A stretch of 56,561 nt of DNA from Parasitella parasitica NRRL 2501 (Eukaryota; Fungi; Mucoromycota), in NCBI GenBank assembly GCA_025201805.1, contig MU619337.1, positions 1-56,561 on the forward strand, in the 5' to 3' direction. Below, piece by piece: positions 12,090 through 22,550 of this stretch. Both the position numbers and the translations under genes were made by a program. The notes below the pieces were generated by a model that had not been told where the DNA came from, did not search any database, and was given only the letters and a program-made list of their open reading frames with translations. How positions within the stretch are numbered: position 1 is the first letter of the stretch; the number at the start of each line of letters is the position of its first letter.

Positions 12090-12142
<53 letters not shown>

Positions 12143-12553
12143 ATTAGAAATATCTACAATCTTTACTGACAGAATATTACAGACCGCACTAAAGAGCTGC
12201 GTAAATTAGGCTTCGTAGGTAGACGTTTAGGTCCTGTTCAAATGACAACTGACACTGCTGTCAATGTCACAAAAAGAGTGGTTGAAGGCAAAAGTATGTG
12301 AATTGCATGGCTAACATATGATTTGCCATACTAACCTACTATTATAGCTCCTTTGGATAAGATTCCTTATATCGACTATCCCGAAATCTTCTTTTCTCGT
12401 CATAGTTCTGTTACTATGCCATTTAGATACATTGCAGAAGAAAAAACCATCTTAACAAAAGATGGCGAAAAAAAAACTATCAAGAAGCCTTTGATGCCTC
12501 CCGGCATGATGGAATTACTCAAAAAAGATAATGACATGACCCTTGATTTATAA
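11760..12553 (+). CDS. SFM1: Sfm1-like SPOUT methyltransferase; 3 exons
   Basis: YIIEHME..W..LEY, ICLLDP, YFLFGGILGDHPP|KDRT.ELR..GF.GRRLGPVQMTTDTAV and IPYIDYPE...V.MPFRY...P.MP.GM are Sfm1-family motifs. Confidence 0.9.
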
Positions 12554-13781
12554 CTTTATACAATATTTTAAATATGTATATATCACTTTAAACATTAAAT
12601 AAATATCTAAGTGGTTGTTAGTTACCAATTATATTTCATTGCAAACCAAATTTTGACAGGAACCGCGAGATATAAAAGACAAGACATGTTTTTGAGCACC
12701 TGCAGAGAGACTTCTAGAAGCAAAGGAGCAAGACTCTTTCTCTATACACATACAAATGGTTAACGGAAAATAATCTATACATATTTTATAATCTTGTATT
12801 CGATAGAATTGGCACTAAAAAGATATGATTCCTTGCAGTTTACACACCTGATTCAGGGAGCATAGCAAATTGGAACTATCATTCGGAAATCAGGTGTGAT
12901 TGAACACGAGGTAGAGATCCAGTTTTCTCATTAAAAAATCACAAAAGATATTGCATAAGACACGAAGCAAACTCACACTGCTACAGACAGTGTAATTTTA
13001 CTTATAAAGCCAGGCTTGATTCATTGAAAATCTAACCACAAATATTTCAAGCGTAAATCTTGAGTTCTCAAGTGATGATATTTCAAACTAGTGCGTCTTT
13101 GTTGATAGAACTCGATTTTCTAAAACATACTTTAATAAGGCAGCAGGCTTGGAAGATTTTTCACTCTGTTTTCAGGTAATTTCAAAGTGCACAAGCTCAA
13201 ACACAAGGCTTTGTTGTTACCACAAATTGAGGTGCTCAAGGGATATCAGATGCTTTTTAGTGTTACCAAACCATCAATTTTTGACGGAGGACCAAGATCT
13301 TAGGTCATCTATCTTGACACTTTCTGGTCCATTGTTTTTGCCTTATGACCGATAGATAAATGCTTTTATTTGAAATGGTTAAAAGATATCAAAAATATGC
13401 ATGCTCTTGGTCACAATCAGGTATTTTTGAAGTTGGATTTATGGACGATTTTGGGTCCAAAAATGTTCAGTTAATGTGTTAAATAGTACTACGCACTTTT
13501 GAACTTGATCAACATATTTGTTTTCTTGATCAAAACCAAAGCATATACAGCTACAGTCAAGTTTGATCCATAATGTAAATATTACTCGATTTGGTTGTTG
13601 GGCATAGCCACAAAGGCGATTTAGAAATACACGTATTTGGAAGTTAATTCCCAGATCAAGGCGTTTGTTTTGAATGAAAACTCTCTATTTTCACACCAAA
13701 CAACATGAAGGGTTGAAAAGTGGAAAATATTGTGCCTATATAGTTAAAAATGCAATCTTTCTGCATACTAATGGCTCAATT

Positions 13782-13807
13782 TGGCGGCTGGCGGCTGGCG
13801 GCTGGCG
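13782..13807. repeat. (TGGCGGC)x3.7 GC-rich tandem repeat in AT-rich intergenic DNA
   Basis: Read directly from sequence. Confidence 0.85.
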
Positions 13808-15936
13808 TAAGCTAACATACAGGAGGATATATATATATGATCAACAATTACGCAGTAGGATCTCCTACCGCTTCCCTCTCCCTTTTTTTTTGACTCTCGA
13901 TACCCCCCCAAACCCCAGGTATTCGATTTATCAGATCCTCAAACTTCTTCTACCCTTTTTTTTTTTTTTTTTACTCCTTATTAAATAGCTGGATAATCAA
14001 ATAAAATCGCATGTCCATCTGGCTGAAGCTGTGAATTCATTGTGCAACATGTAAGCAGCAATATCTTTCGAGAAAATTAGGAAGTTGTCATATGAAAGGA
14101 TCACAACAATAACATTCGTATATAATTGGGGGAGCAACACGCCATATTCTTAGTTTTATATTATATTTATAGGGGTGTTATAGAATTGTTTATTTGTTTC
14201 TATAAGATAAAATCGTTCATCTGCAATTTACGCCGATGCTACATTTGGTTGTTCTCGACAAGTGTAGCAAAAAAAAAAATCCCTCCCCATTTTTACAACA
14301 CGGAGAAATGTTCAGCCAATGTCTTTCTTAGTAGTAACACTGTATATTTTATTCCTGTTTTCAATAAATTTGCACCAAATTAATTGGAGATGTAGTTTTC
14401 AGGTTCTATATAGCATATCAATAATTATCGTTTTGTATTACGCAAGATGTACAAATTTACTTGCATGGATGCGCAAGAAGGAAATTTTAATGCAACATGC
14501 GAATGATTGATAATCAAAATACGGATGGAAAATTGTTAGAAACAGTCAGCAGCAAGAAGGCTAATGGAAAAACCCCCCATAATAATCATGTAATAAAATT
14601 CGTGTGTTAGAAATTTCTTGTTTTGGCAAGTATTATTAATCTAAAAAAAAAGTGCCACGCAAAAACATCCTGTCGAGATAGACAAAAAAAAAGAGCAAGA
14701 TAGACTTTTACTATCAACAATGTACGAGTCTGTAATCAACTACCATTCTTATACATGTGCAACTCTAAATCACAATGACTGACATGGTTATTATGACAAA
14801 TTCTCTTGTCGTACGTTTAAATAGCCGTTTCAACCAAGATAATTTCTTGCCACATGTTTGACTCAAAACGCTGCGTCTAATAATGAATGATGTGCATCGA
14901 CCAATCAATGCAGGATACGATTCTTGCCTTGATGTTCTTTGTCAATCTTTTTTGTTTGCAATAATGAACCAAGAACAATATTTTTGCAATAATATGCACT
15001 TTTAATACATTTCATTTATGATTTCTCCTTGAATTTATTTTTAATATGCTCATTATTATCGGGAGAGATATATATTTGTATGAAATCGAAAGCATGAGGG
15101 AATTTACATACCCACGGTTCTCATCGGTAGTTATAAACAGCCAGGTTACCAATGGGAAGCAGGAACCCCATCAATACGAAATCAATGATCAATGTTGCGA
15201 TATCCCACTTATTGGTACATTTAAAGTATAAACAAATCGATTTATATAGCAGCCTACATTGCCTAAAGGGATATAGGTAATCTAGACTTGAATTTCATTA
15301 TAGGAGGGACCTATTTTATCCGAAAAACAAAACCCCAAATCCTCACGTCTCAGCCCAAACATGGAATCCAAATGCCAAAGAAAATTGCTTCATTTAGAAT
15401 TTCGTCATATCAACAATTGCTTCTCTTGGTTAAACCAATCAAAAAACGAGGAAAGCACGAGAAAAATGAATCAAAATAGATCACATCTCGACTATAAAAA
15501 TGGGTGCTTTTTTTTTCCATTTGATTGACTTTTTTCTTTTTCCTCACCTTTTGTATATTAAAATCTATCCCTCTCCCCTTTTTGTTTCATTGTAACCTCT
15601 ATTCATCATGGCTTCTTATTGATTTGCTCCCCAGCGAACAAGACTATTAAACAAATTTATCTGCTCAAAACGATAATTCTATAAAAATACTAAATTTTTA
15701 TAAAAAAATCAACTTTTTATATACAAACTCTCAACCATATCATGTTAAATATTTTCGAATCTCGACATAGCCCTCTGGCATACACCGACTCAGTCATATC
15801 ATCATCAACTTAATAACAACGCTCAAACTACACAAAAAGGAAAAATCACACAATCTTAAATAACTATCTCTCTCGCTTTAAATCTCATACGTACAAACCC
15901 AATCACCCAAAACATATAACTACTATTCTACTAAAT

Positions 15937-17133
15937 ATGGTACATCAAGATACTTACTGGTCTGAACTCTCTGCTTCTATGGTCGATAAGGTCGTCGGCC
16001 AAGAATTTCAACTTCTGGAAGTCCTTGGTCACGGTGCTTATGGTTGTCTCTTCTTGGGCCAATCTCTCGTCGACAGCTCCTATGTTGCCGTCAAGGTCTT
16101 GACAAAGTCTGGCCTCGACCACCACCAACAAAAACTCCAACAACTTGAAATCGATATCCAAACATCTCTCAAACACCCCAACCTCCTGGCACTTCACCGC
16201 AGCATCCAAGACGATGATTATATCTACATGGTTATGGAACTCTGTGATCAAGGCGATCTTTTTGATTACGTTATCCATGATCAGAACGAAAACTTTATCC
16301 GCGAAGAACATGTCGTAAAGAAATTTTTCAGCCAAATCTTGGACGGCGTCGAAAGAATGCATGCTAATGGCGTTTATCATCGTGATCTCAAACTTGAAAA
16401 CATCCTCCTCAAGTGCGAAGATGAAGATGACGAAGACGATCTTACTTGCAAGGTTGCAGACTTTGGCTTGGCTACTCGCGATCGCTATTCCATGGAATTC
16501 GGCTGTGGGTCTACTTCTTATCTCGCTCCCGAACACTTTGACGATGATAAGCAGGCTGAACTGGTTCCTTACGACGCCGCTGCTTCTGATGCCTGGTCTC
16601 TGGGCGTTCTCTTGTTGGCTTTGATGTTTGGCCGCAACCCCTGGCAAGAAGCCTCTTCTGCCGATGCTGCATTCAATGAATTCAAGCGTTCCCCTTTTAT
16701 GCTCAAGGAACAATTATTTCCAGAGCTGTCTTCTGCTACATACCGTTTTCTGAGATCTATCTTGGCTATCGATGGTGCTGACAGACCTTCTATTTCCGAA
16801 ATCAAGGAACAGTTCTTATCCATTGATCGTCTTTATGTCGACGAGGATGATGATTATTATGTCAGTGAAATCAAGAAGGAATCCCCTGTCTCTATTCCTA
16901 CTGTTTCTACCAAGTATGTCGATATTACTTCTTTCGACTCTGCTTTCTTCAGTGGCGGTACTGGCTCATCTTGGTCTGATATGGTCGAAGAGGATGAAGA
17001 AGAAGCTGCTCTCAGCAAATCTATTGATTTCAATAACAACCATAAGCAACCACAGGCTTGTTTCGTTCAATACGACGATGAAGATACAGACATGTTTGTC
17101 CACAGTGGTGAAAAGGAGTCCTGGTGGCTATAA
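15937..17133 (+). CDS. Ran1/Pat1-Sks1/Vhs1-like Ser/Thr protein kinase (intronless)
   Basis: LGHGAYG, VAVK, HRDLKLEN, DFGLAT, GCGSTSYLAPE and LMFGRNPW..AS..D..F are signatures of the Ran1/Ksp1 group. Confidence 0.9.
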   Translation: MVHQDTYWSELSASMVDKVVGQEFQLLEVLGHGAYGCLFLGQSLVDSSYVAVKVLTKSGLDHHQQKLQQLEIDIQTSLKHPNLLALHRSIQDDDYIYMVMELCDQGDLFDYVIHDQNENFIREEHVVKKFFSQILDGVERMHANGVYHRDLKLENILLKCEDEDDEDDLTCKVADFGLATRDRYSMEFGCGSTSYLAPEHFDDDKQAELVPYDAAASDAWSLGVLLLALMFGRNPWQEASSADAAFNEFKRSPFMLKEQLFPELSSATYRFLRSILAIDGADRPSISEIKEQFLSIDRLYVDEDDDYYVSEIKKESPVSIPTVSTKYVDITSFDSAFFSGGTGSSWSDMVEEDEEEAALSKSIDFNNNHKQPQACFVQYDDEDTDMFVHSGEKESWWL

Positions 17134-19539
17134 GACCGTTTACATATACATATTCCTCCCCCCTCCCCCCTCCACTCCCCTCTCTTTTCTATTTCCCTCC
17201 TTTGTCTTTTGCTTTATTTCTATACTGTTTCAACTTAATAAAATATCCTCTATGTAACATGTGTTCATCCTCAATTGAAGCTTTGTTTAGTTTTGGCTAA
17301 TGGTATTGATAAGAAAGTTGTATTATTTACAGGCACTTGAACATCTGTTGGATGTGAGCATTGCCTTGATTAACGAACATTAGTCTTTGGAATTGTTTGC
17401 ATCCTGTATATGAACTAATTCATGTGTATCATTTGTTTATTGTAAACAACCTCTTTTGTGAATTAATACTAAAATACAATTGGTTTCGTCGACAAGCAGG
17501 AATACAAACATTCCCATTTGTTGAAGTTGTGCAATTGTTATTTCTTTGCTTGGTTCAATCAGGTGATGTTCATATACTAAAGCCCTTTTATGGAGGTGTA
17601 GAGGTGAGCTTAATGTGGCGTACTACAAGATTTATTTGTATCACGGGTATTAGGACTTGACTATGATAAACGTGGTGTGCATGAGGTGTGAGTGTGTGAG
17701 AGAGTGTGTGCGGCAGATCGCCTTCAGCCCCCCATAAGACCATTTCATTATGGACCATCCATTGAGATTTAGACACAATTCAGTAAACGTTACTCTAATA
17801 CCCTATTGAAGCAAAGTAATAATTTTTATTTTTTATTTTTATTAGATACACAAGCATGCCGTCTGTCGCACAACCAAGTCAGAGAGCATATGTTTGTATA
17901 TGATGTAAAGTTCCTTGACGATATATTTTATAGCCCTTCAGTATCATGGAATGATTAATAATAACAGCCTAAATAATAGCCCGTTGCAATATGGAATATC
18001 ACGCAACCCCATGCAAAAAAAACGAAAATCCCTGTCAGGCACACCTGCCAGACCTAATTTCAGGAGTTACTGGAAAAAATATAATAATAAACAATATTAC
18101 GCATGATAATTAGACTTGTCTAGCCCCTTAATAATGCACTGCTTCTTCAAATCCCCAGCCAAGATTACATATATTACATCATAAAATGCTCATGGCGCTT
18201 TAAATAGCAACCAAAAAGCATATTTGATTTAACCGCCAATTGCATTAATTCGATTTCAATTGACAGTGCTACATGTCGCTAATGACACACTTTGAAACCT
18301 AAAAACTTGGCATGGCAAGCCAAGGATATTTCGAGTTGGTTTATTTGTTTTGTAAACAATGTGGTAGTATATATGTGTATTGGCATAATTAACTCGCATA
18401 CTCCAAGGGCGAAAAGAATTTATGGCTGTGCCTGGATACGGGTCGTTTTTTTTTTACGGCTATCATGTTCGACTAAGTATTACTGCCAAGAAGGTAACCA
18501 CATCACGGAGACTTGCACGGAAACGTGTGAAGATTTTTTTGCGAGAAAACAGCAAGTTTAGATTGATGCTGCATGTCTATTCTGTAAGATAAACTTACGA
18601 TAATAGTGTTAGTAAAATACCCTGATTCTTGGCTATTTAATGATGCAAACCATAAATTTATAGCTAATCATTAACTCGAACGACTCGAGTTTGAAAAATA
18701 AGATATTTTAATACTGACCACCTAGCAAATTTCTGGCAACCTGGGCATTTCGCATAAATAAATTTCCATGCAGTGTTTGACCAGTATTAGCTATGTGCAG
18801 CCCATCAGTGTATAATGTCTTGCCTGCCTTTGGTCGATACCAGCAAACAATTCTTGACCAATTCCTTATCACTCGAATTGCTAAAAATATCAGGAAGCTT
18901 AAAAATAACCTTCTAGAGATGGTCTGTATGGTAGATGTCAGTTGTATAAAAAGAAATATAAAAGAAAAGCAACATCATTTAACCTTCTATTTAATACAGC
19001 CTATGCGCTACAGTATTCTTTGATGGAAAATAAGCTTTGAAAATGTAAAATGGATCAGGGACACAATTTGTCTTGAAGATATACATCCATTCAGGCTCAA
19101 CACTATTCTGTTAATGAGGCCGTCCCAAGCTGAATCTTCTGTTGTGAATTACAGTGATAAGCTCTCAAGAGGTGGTCCCAAAAAAGGGGTGGTTTCTCTC
19201 AAGATGACAATTTTAAAGTGCTGCTCGAACACTGCATTGAAGTTTACTTTACCGAAACATTCGGCCTACCAAATGGTCCCAGAGAGAGTTACTATAGATG
19301 GCTCTTAAAGAAACGTTAATTTAATGAGAGCATAAAAAACAAAAGACTCGCGTTATTGGTACCAAAAGATAGCTTAAAACGGACTTTATCTTCATGCCAA
19401 ATATATTTTTTGATTTCAATTGAATTGATGTACAGTTAGACTGATTAATTTTGTCAGTTTTAAAAAAATAAATGTCGTTGGTAAAAAAAAACGAATGTCA
19501 CTAACCTAAGAAAAAATATCTGTTAGCTTATCAATTATT

Positions 19540-19603
19540 GTCATTTTGGATTCAAAAGTACGTGCCTGCATTAAATAACCAGGGCGTTAACCTTGGTGGA
19601 AAG
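19540..19603 (-). ncRNA. Candidate Fanzor omegaRNA (scaffold plus downstream guide region)
   Basis: Overlaps the Fanzor stop codon at the element's 3' end, the established omegaRNA position. Hairpin ACCAAGG-TTAACG-CCCTGGT (19597-19578) is followed by TTAATGCAGG. Boundaries are inferred. Confidence 0.55.
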
Positions 19604-22030
19604 TTTCTGTCTTTGTTGTCTTGAGAAAATTGTCGGTCGTCTGCCTGTCTCCCTCAAGGAGATTAAAATCCTTCTGAAGTTTAATACAGCTGCAAGATCT
19701 CGATTCCATAGTCGGTTTTCATTGCTGAAACACACACTGCTTCGACATCTTGAACAAGATTAGTCTTCATAATCCAATGTTACGTGAACATATATATTTT
19801 TTTTTATTTACCTTGTTAGGCCATGACACTTTACAGTGGGCATTTTGTGGCGTTGATATGGTCTAGGGTTTCGGATTGTTTTAAACTTTTGATCGAGCTT
19901 GCCACCACAGCCTGGGCAGAGGGAAGATGTTTTGTATTCGCAGCATCTTGATCAATCCAGCGTTTCTAATTGGTTCATGGTATTTGACGTTTGGTGCAGA
20001 CCAATTTCCAATTACCAGAACTGAATTCGATCCAAACTTCGTTTTCAACTTGTTTACCAACTGCGCATCATTTTTGTCGTAGTATAATTTGCTTAGAAAC
20101 TTGAGTTTTCTGAATGGCAATAACTGTAAACTTTGTAAAACATCATGTACACGTTGTTTCAAGTCGTTTTGATAATTTCTGAGCATTTCCGACGCAAGAT
20201 TGACAATTGCGGTTTTAGCGGCATCGCTTAAACGTTCTGAAATATGTGGTTGCTGAAGCATTATATGTATGTAAGACGCATAAATTTGGAGACGTGTATG
20301 ATTGCCAGGAGTAATCTTAGGCTGAGGATAATAACCGCGAATTCTTGCAACGAATAATTTCCCAAAGTACAGGTCACCCTTATCATTAACGTTCAACAAA
20401 AAGCATTTATCCGGGTAATACATCTTTTCAGTTTTTATGGTTTCGTTCCCATAATACTCTGATAATAAGGTGTTGACAGAGGCTCTTGTTTTAATGTATT
20501 CCACATAGTTGTCTACGTTTACAGAAGAAGATTTGGTTTCCGATAGCGTGGCTTCTGCAGCTTTGATGACTTCTGGCTTGGTTTTCTTCAGCAACATTTT
20601 GAAGTGTCTTGATAATTTACTTCGAGTTGCGTTAGAATACACTAGGGTTTGTTTGTCGCTTGTTTTGCTTGTTTCTTTCATGCAGTATAGCAAGTCTCTT
20701 CTTCCTGGATCCATGAGCACACATTTTCCATTAGTTCCCTTCAATTCTTCTTGTGTTAAATCTTCGATATATCTTGTTTCATCACCGGCTACATTCTTAT
20801 CACTCTTGACTGGCAGCCCTTTTCGGGAGGTATCGCAGTTCTGCTTAATCATACTGGCACCAACTCCATCAGTTTCAAGAGTACCTTTGAAGCTTAAGGA
20901 TCCTTGATTTTTAAAAGCCTTGGTTTTAAGATTGACTATGGATCCCCAGTTCTCGAGTTGACTTCTTGGCACCAAAGGTTTCTTGCTTTGAATAATATGG
21001 TAGTGGATAATCTTGTTGTCTAACGTCATGTAGCAAGGAATAAACGTCGTTCTTAATGGGAAACAGAAAAATTGCTTTAGCTGCACCGCTTCAAACAACT
21101 CAGCAAGCTTAACGAAGGCTTTGAAGTGGTTTCCTGGATTAGCCTTTACATTGTAGAAGATTGAGCCCATTTTAAACTTGTAATTTTCTGGGTATGCCGA
21201 CAAGAAAGTTTGTTTTTTTGGTTTTGATGATTCATTCAAAATATCAACGTCGGGCATGCCTTTTTTGGCTACAGCCTGTATAACTTGATTACAGGGATTG
21301 TAGGGTAGTATTTTGGGCAATCAGAGGCAAGAACACTTCCACAAAGAATTCTTTTCGTACAAATTCATTCAAGTTGAAATTGCTGTTTGTGGCCAGTTCT
21401 TTCAAGAACATGTATTTTGAAAAAGCAAATGTGTGAGTGATGACTGCATGAGTAGTATTCACTAGATTATGCAATGGCTGCAAATATTCTGGTTTCTATA
21501 TATTTTTGATAGTTGTTTTCACTGTCGTCACCTTTTTTCTTGTTTTATCATCAAAGCTTTTCGTTGTAGAACCAGGTTTGGTAGCAGTAGAGTCAGACTT
21601 GGAAGTAGTAACATTGGGTACATTCATGAAACTATCTGTTTGTGTAGTCTTGCTTAATTCACCTATTATTGGACCTTGAGCATTGGTGCCTTGAGCATTG
21701 GTGTTACGAAAGCTGATCTTGCTTGTGCTACCAATTTCGTCTTTGGCCCTCTTTCTTGCTTTGTTTACCTATGTAATGGGTGTTTAAAATGCTTTGAATC
21801 TTCAACACTTATGAATATAATGTGCTAATACATACTTCTTTTTCTAAAGGTTACTGATGGCTGAAAATCATCATCTGAATTGTCGGTTATAATTTTTCAT
21901 ATGTGTCTACCATCATAGCTTAAATTAGTAACGTTTTGATCAGAAATGAACATGTATCTTTACCGTTTCTGTTCTTTAAAGACTCCTCTTCAGAGCAAGA
22001 AGTAGAAGTGTCCTTCCGACTTTTCTTCAT
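19571..22030 (-). pseudogene. Fanzor1 (eukaryotic TnpB-like RNA-guided RuvC nuclease), intron-containing, disrupted
   Basis: F.GTLETDGVG.S; RuvC-I CVLMDPGRRDLLY; RuvC-II VLVIGNWS with Gly in place of Glu and the alternative Glu in EYKTSS; CPGC...CHGLTR|CRSSVC zinc finger; RuvC-III WNRDLAAVLN. Intron 19749-19811. Lesions: TAG at 21496-21498 and frameshifts near 21303 and 19940. Confidence 0.92.
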
Positions 22031-22550
22031 CTGTACTTTTCTGAAGGGAATAGTTATTTATATATAGTGTCTTCAGAAAACTAGTTTAAGAAAGAAACAA
22101 ATGTGTAGAAAAAAAAAACAAGATAAAAAATATTAATGGAGGGTGCATTGTAGGTTCTGGTAACGACAATATGTGCTTTTAAATATGACAATTATTTTTG
22201 TCGAAATCGATATTTAATTTTGAGGAAACACCATTAATTTATTTTTCCAATGGATGTTCATATTCCAATAAACGCCATTTGTTTTTTCAAAATGGACAAA
22301 ATTTACAGGTTGCACTGTATATTTGCATACAGCTTTCGCTGACAACAGCATTTATGGCCTGTAGGTGTGAAATGCTGCCGATATAAACAAGTACATCATT
22401 AAAGAGTGTGTTCCACAGCATCGTATAATCTGTGCACTACATATTTGACTTGAAGCACTAAAACAATTAAGGTGCTTTCCTTATTTATGATATTTATTAC
22501 AGATATAATATTCAAGATTTTTTTTTTTTTTTTACAGTAGATAATCTAGA

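Larger units (their letters stand above)
19540..22189 (-). mobile_element. Non-autonomous TIR element carrying Fanzor1
   Basis: TIR 19540-19563 GTCATTTTGGATTCAAAAGTACGT vs reverse complement of 22171-22189 GTCAT-----ATTTAAAAGCACAT. Direct repeat AATTATT at 19533-19539 and 22190-22196. No transposase inside. Confidence 0.75.
19433..22317. mobile_element. Tc1/mariner-type MITE (~230 bp of own sequence) interrupted by the Fanzor element
   Basis: Both ends read TA|CAGT. 19433-19479 vs the reverse complement of 22271-22317 is 35/47 identical without gaps. TA at 19431-19432 and 22318-22319. Confidence 0.7.

Noticed and set aside
12091-12209. Poly-lysine tail on the Sfm1 ORF
   Set aside because: It is an intron (GTAAAA...TACAG); splicing restores the conserved DRT.ELR.
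12640-13700. Possible degenerate transposon or gene relic
   Set aside because: No paired TIRs or recognisable protein motifs found by eye.
15931-16713. 260-aa antisense ORF over the kinase
   Set aside because: Shadow ORF produced by the codon bias of the sense gene; no motifs.
19150-19210. TA-CAGTG as partner TIR of 22317
   Set aside because: The match stops after 5 nt; 19433 is a much better partner.
21675-21704. 15-bp tandem duplication in the Fanzor 5' region (TNAQG x2)
   Set aside because: An in-frame slippage duplication in a low-complexity segment; not a CRISPR-like array or a TSD.
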